From: Pseudorhodobacter sp.
GTDB lineage: Bacteria > Pseudomonadota > Alphaproteobacteria > Rhodobacterales > Rhodobacteraceae
Length of the DNA: 64,000 nucleotides
Reading direction: 5' to 3'
Assembly (NCBI GenBank): GCA_046295215.1
Contig: JBKBNP010000012.1
Location: forward strand, 15,410 to 79,409
In this document: positions 48,400-56,587 of the stretch, piece after piece
Numbering within the stretch: the stretch's first letter is position 1
Layout of the letters: each line of letters starts with the position of its first letter
Made by a program: the position numbers and the translations under genes
The notes under the pieces: generated by a model
What the model was told of the DNA's origin: nothing
Seen by the model: only the letters and a program-made list of their open reading frames with translations
The model's database searches: none

Positions 48400-48906
48400 T
48401 CAGTCTGTGCCGCGATAGGGCTGCACATATTGCAGGGCCATGTCCCAGGGGAAGAAGATCCAGGTGTCCTGGCTGACCTCGGTGATCCAGGTGTCGACCT
48501 GGGGGATGCCGGAGGGCTTGGCATAGACCGTGGCGAAATGCGCGGCAGGATAGAGGCTGCGCACCAGTTCCAGCGTCTTGCCGCTGTCCACCAGATCATC
48601 GACGATCAGGATGCCGGAGCCGTCGCCCATCAGATCCGGTTGCGGCGACTTGATGACGCGCGCCTCGGCCTGGGACTGGTGATTGTAGGATCTGACCGAG
48701 ATCGTGTCGATCACCCTGATGTCAAGCTCGCGCGCCACGACGGCGGCGGGGACCAGCCCGCCCCGCGTGATGCCGACCACGGCTTTCCACTGGCCGCCCT
48801 CCTCGGGGCCCTTGCCATCGAGCCGCCAGGCGAGCGCGCGGGCGTCGCGGTGGATCTGGTCCCAGGAGACGTGGAAGCCTTTTTCATGCGGCAGACGGTC
48901 AGTCAT
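48400..48906 (-). CDS. gpt: xanthine-guanine phosphoribosyltransferase
   Basis: Met at 48906 in ORF 48400..49005. PRPP-binding motif [13 protein letters not shown]. Gpt-like length (~168 aa). Confidence 0.85.
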   Translation of the reverse strand: MTDRLPHEKGFHVSWDQIHRDARALAWRLDGKGPEEGGQWKAVVGITRGGLVPAAVVARELDIRVIDTISVRSYNHQSQAEARVIKSPQPDLMGDGSGILIVDDLVDSGKTLELVRSLYPAAHFATVYAKPSGIPQVDTWITEVSQDTWIFFPWDMALQYVQPYRGTD

Positions 48907-48947
48907 TTCAGGCTCCTGTGATTGGGGCTCCGGGGCGGGGCACGGGA

Positions 48948-48995
48948 GCGGGGGCCAGCCCCCGCGCCCCCGAGGTATTTCCGCCAAGATGAAGG
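48948..48995 (+). repeat. REP-like bipartite element, copy E
   Basis: Hairpin GCGGGGGCCAGCCCCCGC plus tail GCCCCCGAGGTATTTCCGCCAAGATGAAGG. Lies between the lysE-family stop and the gpt start. Confidence 0.85.
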
Positions 48996-49026
48996 CGCAT
49001 GGCAAGCGGCGTGTTTGCGGGGCCTG

Positions 49027-49641
49027 TCATGTCAGGGCGACCTTGACGCCAAGGAGGCCGAGCAGACCACCGAAGGCCCGGTCGAGAAGCGTTTTCAGGC
49101 TGACATAGCCCACGCGGCTGCGGTCGAAGGAAAACAGGCGGACGACGAGGATGTTCCAGCCCGTTTCATTGGCAAAGACCACGGCAAGGAGGGCGGCATG
49201 GACCCAGAGCGGGGTTTCGGGTGGCACGGTGCCGATGAAGACGGCGGAGAACAGCACGGCGGGCTTGGGATTGGCGAGCTGGGTCAGGACGCCGAGCCGG
49301 AAGGCGGAGAGCGGCGAGCGCGGCAGGCGCGCGCTCTGCCCCATGTCCAGCGGGAGGGTGGCATCGCGCCACATCCGCCAGCCCAGATGCAGAAGATAGA
49401 GCCCGCCCGCGATTTTCAGCGCCCAGAGCGCCGCCGGTGCGGTCTGGAACAGGAGGTTGAGACCGAAGAGTGCCGCCGCCGCCCAGATCACCCCGCCGAT
49501 CCCGATTCCCGCCGCCAGAAAGACGCCGGTGCGCAGTCCCTCGGTCACGCCGGTGCGCGCGGCCATGACGACAGCAGGGCCGGGGCTGATGGCGGCCATC
49601 AGATGCAGGAGGGCGACGGCAAGGAAGGCGGCGAGGGTCAT
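49027..49641 (-). CDS. LysE/RhtB-family amino-acid exporter
   Basis: Met at 49641 in ORF 49027..49869. The start MTLAAFLAVALLHLMAAISPGPA carries the LysE-type N-terminal PGP motif. About 6 TM. Confidence 0.75.
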   Translation of the reverse strand: MTLAAFLAVALLHLMAAISPGPAVVMAARTGVTEGLRTGVFLAAGIGIGGVIWAAAALFGLNLLFQTAPAALWALKIAGGLYLLHLGWRMWRDATLPLDMGQSARLPRSPLSAFRLGVLTQLANPKPAVLFSAVFIGTVPPETPLWVHAALLAVVFANETGWNILVVRLFSFDRSRVGYVSLKTLLDRAFGGLLGLLGVKVALT

Positions 49642-49673
49642 CAGGGGCGCTCCGGCAAAGGGCGGCGGCGGGG

Positions 49674-50495
49674 TCAGTCCTTGCGGCCAGTCACCACATC
49701 GATATCGGGGGCGTCCACCGCCTTCATGCCGACGACATGGTAGCCCGCATCCACATGCAGGTTCTCGCCCGTCGTGCCGGAACCGAGATCGGACAGAAGG
49801 AAAACTGCTGCCTTGCCGACCTCTTCCTGCGTCACATTGCGCCGCAGCGGCGAGTTCAACTCGTTCCATTTCATGATGTAGCGGAAATCGCCGATACCGG
49901 AGGCCGCCAGCGTCTTGATCGGGCCGGCAGAGATGGCATTGACGCGGATGCCGTCCTTGCCCAGATCCTCGGCGATGTATTTCACGCTCGCCTCCAGTGC
50001 CGCCTTGCAGAGCCCCATGACATTGTAATGTGGCATGACCTTTTCGGCACCGTAATAGGTCAGCGTCAGGAGCGAGCCCCCGGGCGGCATCATCCGGCAG
50101 GCGCGCTGGCAGACGGCGGTGAAGCTGTAGACGGAGACATCCATCGACATCAGGAAGTTCTGCCGCGAGGTTTCGACATAGCGGCCGCGCAATTCATTCT
50201 TGTCGGAAAAGCCGATGGCATGGACCACGAAATCCAGTGTTCCCCAGACCTTCTCCAGATGGGCGAAGAGCGCATCGAGCGAGGCCTCGTCGGTTACGTC
50301 GCATTCGATCATCTCGGTCATGCCGATGGAGGCGGCGAGCGGTTCGACCCGTTTCTTGAGCTGTTCACCCTGATAGGAAAAGGCCAGTGTAGCACCTTGT
50401 TCCGCGCAGGCCCTCGCAATGCCCCAGGCGATGGATTTGTCATTGGCAAGCCCCATGATGAGCCCCCGCTTGCCTGCCATCAGCCCTGTCGACAT
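49674..50495 (-). CDS. fabI: enoyl-ACP reductase (NADH)
   Basis: Motifs [18 protein letters not shown] and [19 protein letters not shown] (Tyr/Lys catalytic region). Confidence 0.9.
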   Translation of the reverse strand: MSTGLMAGKRGLIMGLANDKSIAWGIARACAEQGATLAFSYQGEQLKKRVEPLAASIGMTEMIECDVTDEASLDALFAHLEKVWGTLDFVVHAIGFSDKNELRGRYVETSRQNFLMSMDVSVYSFTAVCQRACRMMPPGGSLLTLTYYGAEKVMPHYNVMGLCKAALEASVKYIAEDLGKDGIRVNAISAGPIKTLAASGIGDFRYIMKWNELNSPLRRNVTQEEVGKAAVFLLSDLGSGTTGENLHVDAGYHVVGMKAVDAPDIDVVTGRKD

Positions 50496-50710
50496 GCCCG
50501 ATCCCCCCCCAGAATTCCACCCGTGACACCCTTGCCGGGAGCATTAGGCGAATTAAGCCATGGCATCAAGGGCGGGCGAAGGAGAGGCGGAAGTCGGGGA
50601 AGCGTCGTCGGGGCCTTGCACCCCGGCGGGTGACGGTCTACCAAATGGCCGCGTGCTGCCGGATGGGGCGCGTTTCAATCAGGACGACCGAACGGAAAGA
50701 GGCAGATCAG

Positions 50711-51313
50711 GTGGACCGGACGGGACCATTCGCAGGGACGGACCCGTTTGCCATAGCGAGAGCTTGGCTGGCGGAGGCCGAGGCCGCGGAGCCGAACGAC
50801 CCGAATGCGATTGCTTTGGCGACGGTGGACCCCGAGGGCCTGCCGAATGTCCGCATGGTTCTGTTGAAGGCGATCGAAGCAGATGCCTTCGTGTTCTATA
50901 CCAACTACCTGTCGCGCAAGGGGCAGGAGCTCGAGGCGAGCGCAAAGGCTGCCTTCGTGATGCATTGGAAGTCCCTGCGCCGGCAGATCCGGGTGCGGGG
51001 GGTGACGGTGCGCGAAGAGGGGGCCGCAGCGGATGCCTATTTCGCATCGCGCTCGTTGAAAAGCCGTCTGGGCGCCTGGGCGTCGCGGCAATCCGAACCG
51101 CTGGCGTCGCGCGGCGCGCTGATGGCCGAAGTCGCCAGAGTGGCCGCAGCGCAGGGACCGATGCCGGTGCGCCCCCCGCATTGGGGGGGTATACGGATCA
51201 TTCCCGGCGAGATAGAGTTTTGGGCGGACGGCGCCTTCCGTCTGCATGACCGGTTCCGATGGACCAGGGACGAACCGGGGAACGAGTGGACGATTGTTCG
51301 GTTGAACCCCTGA
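50711..51313 (+). CDS. pdxH: pyridoxamine 5'-phosphate oxidase
   Basis: ORF 50630..51313. GTG at 50711 follows GGAAAGAGG, so it is the favoured start (ATG at 50663 is possible). Motifs [22 protein letters not shown] and [14 protein letters not shown]. Confidence 0.85.
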   Translation: MDRTGPFAGTDPFAIARAWLAEAEAAEPNDPNAIALATVDPEGLPNVRMVLLKAIEADAFVFYTNYLSRKGQELEASAKAAFVMHWKSLRRQIRVRGVTVREEGAAADAYFASRSLKSRLGAWASRQSEPLASRGALMAEVARVAAAQGPMPVRPPHWGGIRIIPGEIEFWADGAFRLHDRFRWTRDEPGNEWTIVRLNP

Positions 51314-51317
51314 TTTT

Positions 51318-51333
51318 TGTGCGAATTCGCACA
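51318..51333. promoter_or_regulatory. perfect 16-bp palindrome TGTGCGAATTCGCACA
   Basis: Read directly. Located 5 nt after the pdxH stop and about 95 nt upstream of the tandem cold-shock-domain gene. Confidence 0.35.
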
Positions 51334-51427
51334 TGAACTGTGAAGTTTCCGTGTAGGTTCAGGCTTGATCCACTTCTGCGGGTCACAGCACGTTTGGCTT
51401 TGGGCTTGACTGGGGAAAAGGCTCTTT

Positions 51428-52033
51428 ATGGAAGACGATGACAAGGTTCCGCTGGAAGTGCGGGGCCGCGTGAAATGGTTTGATGCCGTGAAAGGCTTCG
51501 GGTTTGTCGTGGCAGACGGGTCGGAGAGCGATATTCTGTTGCATGCGAATGTGTTGCGGAACTTCGGCCAGAGCACGGTGGCGGATGGCGCGGGCATCTG
51601 CGTGAAGGTGCAGCGCACCCAGCGCGGAGTGCAGGCGGTGGAGGTGGTGAGCATCGAGCCGCCGCCCGCGCAGGCCTTCCCGATGGCCGAGGAAAGCGGT
51701 CTTGCCACACCGGCCGAGATCGATGCCCTGGCCATTGAGCCTGCCCGGGTGAAATGGTTCGACAAGGCCAAGGGCTTCGGCTTCGCTAATGTCTTTGGCC
51801 GGTCGGAGGATGTTTTCGTGCATATCGAAGTGCTGCGCATGTCCGGATTCGCCGATCTTGCGGCGGGGGAGGCTGTCGGGCTCCGGATCATCGAGGGCAA
51901 GCGCGGACGGATGGCGGCACAGGTTCTGTCCTGGGAGGCGGCGCGGGGAGGAGCCACGCCGGAAGGTGCCGCGCGGCAGCCGGCTCCGCTAAGAGCAGGT
52001 GCGGACGGTGACAGCATGCGGGGGCAGGAGTGA
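51428..52033 (+). CDS. tandem cold-shock-domain protein (two CSDs)
   Basis: Two CSD cores: GRVKWFDAVKGFGFV and ARVKWFDKAKGFGFA. Confidence 0.8.
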   Translation: MEDDDKVPLEVRGRVKWFDAVKGFGFVVADGSESDILLHANVLRNFGQSTVADGAGICVKVQRTQRGVQAVEVVSIEPPPAQAFPMAEESGLATPAEIDALAIEPARVKWFDKAKGFGFANVFGRSEDVFVHIEVLRMSGFADLAAGEAVGLRIIEGKRGRMAAQVLSWEAARGGATPEGAARQPAPLRAGADGDSMRGQE

Positions 52034-52521
52034 GGACTCGGCTGCTGGCGCAGGTGGTGGGCGCGGTGGTGGCGCTCTGGTTGTCGGCGGTTCCGGCGCT
52101 GGCGGCCTGTGCGTCGGGGCAGGTGGAAGTCCGGCTGACCTCCGGCAACGTGGCGCGTTTCACGGTGGATCTGGCCGATACGCCGCAGAGCCGGGCGCAC
52201 GGATTGATGTTCCGCGAGTCCTTGCCGAAATCACGCGGCATGCTGTTCATCTATGAACGCCCGCAGCGCGCAGTGTTCTGGATGAAGAATACGCTGATTC
52301 CCCTCGACATGATCTTTGCCGATGACACCGGCACGGTGACCCATGTCCATGCAGAAGCGGTGCCGCATGACGAAACCGGCATCGACGGGGGCGAGGGTGT
52401 GCTGGCCGTGCTGGAAATCAACGGCGGACTGGCCGCGCGCATGGGGATCGGCCCCGGGGCGGTGCTGCGGCACCCGGCTTTCAGCACCGAACGGGCCGCA
52501 TTGCCCTGCACGGACGGTTGA
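52030..52521 (+). CDS. DUF192-domain secreted protein
   Basis: GTG start overlapping the CSD gene stop (GTGA). Signal peptide. Motifs [30 protein letters not shown] and AVLEINGG are typical of DUF192. Confidence 0.7.
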   Translation: MRTRLLAQVVGAVVALWLSAVPALAACASGQVEVRLTSGNVARFTVDLADTPQSRAHGLMFRESLPKSRGMLFIYERPQRAVFWMKNTLIPLDMIFADDTGTVTHVHAEAVPHDETGIDGGEGVLAVLEINGGLAARMGIGPGAVLRHPAFSTERAALPCTDG

Positions 52522-52562
52522 GGCTTTTCAATCCCATCGCAGTTGGGTAAGACCGCCGGAGT

Positions 52563-52639
52563 CGGGGCGTAGCGCAGCCTGGTAGCGCGACGGTTTTGGG
52601 TACCGTAGGTCGGAAGTTCGAATCTTCTCGCCCCGACCA
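52563..52639 (+). tRNA. tRNA-Pro (anticodon UGG)
   Basis: Hand-folded cloverleaf. Acceptor CGGGGCG/CGCCCCG, D-arm GCGC-AGCCTGGTA-GCGC, anticodon arm ACGGT-TTTGGGT-ACCGT, T-arm GGAAG-TTCGAAT-CTTCT, encoded ACCA. 77 nt. Confidence 0.9.
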
Positions 52640-53095
52640 TCACTTGCAGATTTCCGGATGGCCCGTTTTGCAACCTGTCTTGCAGAACAGCCTTCCCTTT
52701 GCCGCAGGGTCGGCGGGGCCAGAAACGCCAGTGAATGGTGGTGGAGGCTTTCCGAGCTGACCGACCATGGTTCGCCATGCCCGACAAACCGCGCAGCTTG
52801 CGGCCCCGTCCCAGCCGCTTCGTTTGCCAAATACAATGCAGTGTGGCGATCATCCTGGCCCGTCCCGAAGACCAAGCGGGCTGTATCTGAACCACTACAG
52901 GAAGATCCTGCGCACGTCCCCAGCCTGTAGGCGTCGATGATCGGCAAGGGCAATCGTTGCGACAACGCCTCCGCCGGAACCCTCATCACGACGAGTCGCG
53001 GGCGGCTAGGATGCCCCGAACGGAACACGCCGGGGCCGAAGCAATCAGACCGGCTCAGGCGCCGTTTGGCGCTGACGTTCAAGCCAAAAATGGAT

Positions 53096-53170
53096 TGGCT
53101 GGGGCGCCAGGATTCGAACCTGGGAATGTCGGTACCAAAAACCGATGCCTTACCACTTGGCGACGCCCCA
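53096..53170 (-). tRNA. tRNA-Gln (anticodon UUG)
   Basis: The reverse complement folds as acceptor TGGGGCG/CGCCCCA, anticodon arm TCGGT-TTTTGGT-ACCGA, T-arm CCAGG-TTCGAAT-CCTGG, encoded GCCA. 75 nt. Close to E. coli tRNA-Gln. Confidence 0.9.
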
Positions 53171-53298
53171 ACCGTGCGGCGGTGTTTAGCGAAGCTGTGG
53201 GGGGGCTGCAAGGGGGCAGGATCATAAAAATACGGGAGGCTCGGGGCCTTCAGGCTGGCTCGCTTGCGGGGGCGGGGCGGAGGCGGTAACAGGCGTGG

Positions 53299-54474
53299 AT
53301 GCAGGTGGATGTGGCAATACTCGGAGGCGGGGCGGCGGGACTTTTCTGCGCGGCCGAGGCGGCGCGGCGCGGGCGGCGCGTGCTGGTGATGGAGGGCGCG
53401 AAAGCCGCGGGCGAGAAGATCCGCATTTCCGGGGGCGGGCGCTGCAATTTCACCAATCTCGGCACTGCACCCGAGCGGTTCCTGTCGCGCAATCCGCGCT
53501 TTGCCATCTCGGCGCTGAAGCGGTTCACGCAATGGGATTTCATCGCGCGGGTCGATGCGGCGGGCATCGCATGGCATGAAAAGACGCTGGGGCAGTTGTT
53601 CTGCGACGGGTCTGCCACGCAGATCATCGCCATGCTGCTGGAGGATATGGCACAGACAGGCGTGCAGCTTTGGCTGTCCACCCAGATTGCGGGAGTGGAG
53701 CGGGGGGCACGCGGCTTTCGGGTTGCCACCTCGCGCGGCGTGGTGGAGGCGGCGCGCGTGGTGGTGGCGACCGGGGGCAAGTCGATCCCGAAGATGGGGG
53801 CGACGGGGGTGGGCTACCGGATCGCGGAAACCTTCGGCCTGCCGCTGGTGGAGACCCGGCCGGGCCTCGTGCCGCTGACCTTCGCCGAACAGGAGCTGGA
53901 GGGGTTGAAGCCGCTTGCGGGGGTTTCGGTGGCGGGGGCGGTGACGACGGGCCGGACGCGGTTCGAGGAGGCCGTGCTGTTCACCCATCGCGGGCTGTCG
54001 GGACCAGCAGTGCTGCAGGTGTCAAGCTATTGGCGCGAGGGCGGAGAAATTGCGCTGGACCTGGCACCGGGGCGGGATGTGGCGGCGGGATTGCGCGGTG
54101 TCCGGGGGCAGGGCGGGCGGATCGCCCCGCGCACCGCGCTGGCGCAAATCCTGCCCGAACGGCTGGCCCGGCATCTGGAGGAGCGGGCGGGGATCACCGG
54201 CACGCTGGCGGACCAGAGCAACGCACGGCTCGACCATCTGGCCGCACAGGTGCGCGACTGGCGGCTGCGCCCGGTCGGATCGGAGGGCTACCGCACGGCG
54301 GAGGTGACGCTGGGCGGCGTGGAGACCGATGCGCTCGACGCCCGCACGATGGAGGCCAAGCCCGTGCCGGGGCTGCATTTCATCGGCGAGGTGGTGGATG
54401 TGACCGGCTGGCTGGGCGGCTACAATTTCCAATGGGCCTGGTCGTCGGCCTGGGCGGCGGCGCAGGCGGTCTAG
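53299..54474 (+). CDS. HI0933/BaiN-like FAD-dependent oxidoreductase
   Basis: Motifs VAILGGGAAGLFCA and KIRISGGGRCNFTN are typical of the HI0933-like flavoprotein family. Confidence 0.8.
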   Translation: MQVDVAILGGGAAGLFCAAEAARRGRRVLVMEGAKAAGEKIRISGGGRCNFTNLGTAPERFLSRNPRFAISALKRFTQWDFIARVDAAGIAWHEKTLGQLFCDGSATQIIAMLLEDMAQTGVQLWLSTQIAGVERGARGFRVATSRGVVEAARVVVATGGKSIPKMGATGVGYRIAETFGLPLVETRPGLVPLTFAEQELEGLKPLAGVSVAGAVTTGRTRFEEAVLFTHRGLSGPAVLQVSSYWREGGEIALDLAPGRDVAAGLRGVRGQGGRIAPRTALAQILPERLARHLEERAGITGTLADQSNARLDHLAAQVRDWRLRPVGSEGYRTAEVTLGGVETDALDARTMEAKPVPGLHFIGEVVDVTGWLGGYNFQWAWSSAWAAAQAV

Positions 54475-54570
54475 CGGCCAAACTGCAACATTTGTTGCGG
54501 CCCGGCACTCCGGAAAAGGGCGCGCTTGATTCGCAATGGCGGCTGCATTAATCTTTACGTTAGGTAAAGT

Positions 54571-54588
54571 AACATTTTTTAAAATGTT
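54571..54588. promoter_or_regulatory. inverted repeat AACATTTT-TT-AAAATGTT in an AT-rich leader of the autotransporter gene
   Basis: 8-bp perfect arms, read directly. Overlaps an alternative in-frame ATG at 54584. Confidence 0.35.
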
Positions 54589-54604
54589 GGGGAGCCGCTT
54601 GACC

Positions 54605-56524
54605 ATGCACCATTTTCTCAAAGTCCTGTTCGCAACCACCGCGCTCACCTCTGTCCCGGCGCTTTCGCTGGCGCAGGTCATCATCGACAATGGCACCGTG
54701 CAACTGGGGATCAATCCGGCCGGCAATCTGGTGCGCAGCGGGATCGGCCTGACATTCCTGCCGTCGAGCGGCGAGGCGCTGGCCCCCGGATGCGCCTGTG
54801 AAGGCTGGGGGATTGCCGATCTGACCCTTCCCACATCCTTCGGCAAGGCGGGTCAGACTTTCGGCTTTTCGAATATCGCCTCATCCTCGGTGACCGCATC
54901 CGGGGCCGGGACGCATGGGCTTTCCGTCGGATCGGCGGCTGTTTCGGTGACGAATGTCGTTGCGGGCGACTTCAACGTCAATGTGACGCACAGTTTCGCC
55001 CCCTCCGCCACGCCGTCGCTCTATACAGTCGATGTGGATGTGGTCAACAACGGTGGCCCCATCGGACAACTGGTCTATCGCCGCGCGATGGACTGGGACG
55101 TTCCCCCGACCGAATTTTCAGAATTTGTCACGATCCAGGGATGGCCCGCCACCCGCCTCATCGCATCGAGCAATGATGGCTTTGTCGATGGCAATCCACA
55201 TCAGCCGCTGACGACCATCACCCCTACGGCAGTGCTGAACGGCAATTTCGCAAATGACGGGCCCAGTGACCACGGCGCGGCCTTCGACTTCTCCTTCGGG
55301 GCGATCGCATCCGGGGCCCGCACCGATTTCACCATTTTCTACGGGGCCGCCGCCAGCGAGGCGGATGCGATGCTTGCCCTCGGGGCGGTCGGGGCGGAGG
55401 TGTTCTCGCTTGGCAAACCGAGCAGCGAGGGAGGTCTGGAAACCGGCGCACCCAATACCTTCATCTTCGGCTTTGCCGGAGTGGGCGGAACCCCGGTCCT
55501 GCCGGATGGAACGATCCCCGGTAGCGGCGGCGCAACGGCACCGATCAATCAGTTCACACAAGTCGCGGAGGCCTTTACCCGACGCGCCTGGGGCGAAGCC
55601 TCCAACCGCATGGCCGACAACGGGTTTGGCGACCTGATGACATCGGCTGGCCTGCTTGCGGAACCGGAGGCGGGCAAACGCCGCGTGAACTTCCATGTCT
55701 CGGCCTTCGGGGGCAGCGGCAAGTTCAGCGGCACAGCGAACAACGTGGCCGTAGACTACAATCAGCGCGGCCTGAGCCTTGCGGTTGATACCGCTTTCGC
55801 CACCGGGATCGGCGGCATGGAAAAGGCGCTTGTCGGCCTCCAGATCGGGCGGTCGAACATCAAGGCAAAGCTCGGCACCGGGTTCGGAACTCTGGACGCC
55901 AAATCGACCGATACCGTGCTTTATGGCCGGCTTTCCGGGGCGTCGAACATCTTTGCCGAAGGGCTCGTGAGCTATGGCCGGCACAGCTATACCCAGCGGC
56001 GGGTGGGTCTGATGGATACGTTCGTGTCCAACCCCAGGGGAAGCTCGGCAGGCGCGCTGCTGCGCGTTGGCTATGCGCAACAACTGGCAGCGGCAGAAGG
56101 CACGATCAACCAGCTTTCCTATTATGGTGAAGTGTCGCGCAACCGCACGAAGATCTCGGCCGCGACGGAGACGCTGAACGGGCTTGCGACCTCCTCATTC
56201 TCGGACAGGCAGTCGATGGCGGGCGTCGGGCTGCGCTTCGATACGGCGCGGCGGAGCGGCGATCTGACCACCTTTGCCCGCTTTGACGTGGCGGCCCTGT
56301 TCGAGACGGGGGACAAGGGCTACCGCGCGACCCAGACCACCGCTGGCGGCGCGGTGCTGACGCGCGTGGCGGATGCGGTCGACGGCAATGTTCTGCGGGT
56401 GCGGGCCACGCTCGGGATGACGCGCAGGGACAATCTCTCGGGCAGTATCGAATACAGCGGCACTGTCGGGCGCAAGGATTTCCGCGCCCATCGGATCACG
56501 GCGCGGATGAAGCTGGAATTCTGA
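54605..56524 (+). CDS. autotransporter outer-membrane protein with uncharacterised passenger domain
   Basis: ATG at 54605 (ORF from 54536). Signal peptide MHHFLKVLFATTALTSVPALSLAQ. The C-terminal ~280 aa form a beta-barrel-like alternating pattern ending ...ARMKLEF (terminal Phe). The passenger has no motif I can name. Confidence 0.7.
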   Translation: MHHFLKVLFATTALTSVPALSLAQVIIDNGTVQLGINPAGNLVRSGIGLTFLPSSGEALAPGCACEGWGIADLTLPTSFGKAGQTFGFSNIASSSVTASGAGTHGLSVGSAAVSVTNVVAGDFNVNVTHSFAPSATPSLYTVDVDVVNNGGPIGQLVYRRAMDWDVPPTEFSEFVTIQGWPATRLIASSNDGFVDGNPHQPLTTITPTAVLNGNFANDGPSDHGAAFDFSFGAIASGARTDFTIFYGAAASEADAMLALGAVGAEVFSLGKPSSEGGLETGAPNTFIFGFAGVGGTPVLPDGTIPGSGGATAPINQFTQVAEAFTRRAWGEASNRMADNGFGDLMTSAGLLAEPEAGKRRVNFHVSAFGGSGKFSGTANNVAVDYNQRGLSLAVDTAFATGIGGMEKALVGLQIGRSNIKAKLGTGFGTLDAKSTDTVLYGRLSGASNIFAEGLVSYGRHSYTQRRVGLMDTFVSNPRGSSAGALLRVGYAQQLAAAEGTINQLSYYGEVSRNRTKISAATETLNGLATSSFSDRQSMAGVGLRFDTARRSGDLTTFARFDVAALFETGDKGYRATQTTAGGAVLTRVADAVDGNVLRVRATLGMTRRDNLSGSIEYSGTVGRKDFRAHRITARMKLEF

Positions 56525-56587
56525 GGCTGATTGCCTGATCGGCGGAGCGGAGCAATCCCTTGCAGGCCCGCCCGTTCCGCATCCGGG

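Noticed and set aside
51318-51333. Palindrome as a PpsR/CrtJ site (TGT-N12-ACA)
   Set aside because: The spacing here is TGT-N10-ACA, not N12, and there is no second site nearby. Kept only as a generic dyad finding.
52739-52748. GCCTCCACCA on the minus strand, resembling the 3' acceptor end of tmRNA (a two-piece alphaproteobacterial ssrA was considered)
   Set aside because: No T-arm (GGTTCGA-type loop) precedes it. I could not find a resume codon or tag ORF ending in a typical ...AA stop. Only about 100 nt remain before tRNA-Pro, too little for a coding piece.
52640-52768. 42-aa minus-strand ORF (MVGQLGKPPPPFTGVSGPADPAAKGRLFCKTGCKTGHPEICK) with a Cys/His pattern
   Set aside because: It has no Shine-Dalgarno sequence. 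GC3 is only about 60% by hand count. It ends flush against the tRNA-Pro 3' end. The evidence is too weak to call.
52640-53095. RNase P RNA, SRP RNA or 6S RNA in the tRNA-tRNA spacer
   Set aside because: The conserved cores are absent on both strands by eye: GAGGAAAGTCCGG and ACAGAACCCGGCTTA for RNase P, and CAGGTCCGGAAGGAAGCAGC for SRP. I cannot exclude a novel sRNA, so the spacer is kept as a finding.
54548-54566. CtrA box (TTAA-N7-TTAA) in the autotransporter leader (TTAATCTTTACGTTAGG)
   Set aside because: The second half-site is GTTA/TTAG at the wrong register (N7 gives GTTA, N8 gives TTAG). It is not a consensus match.
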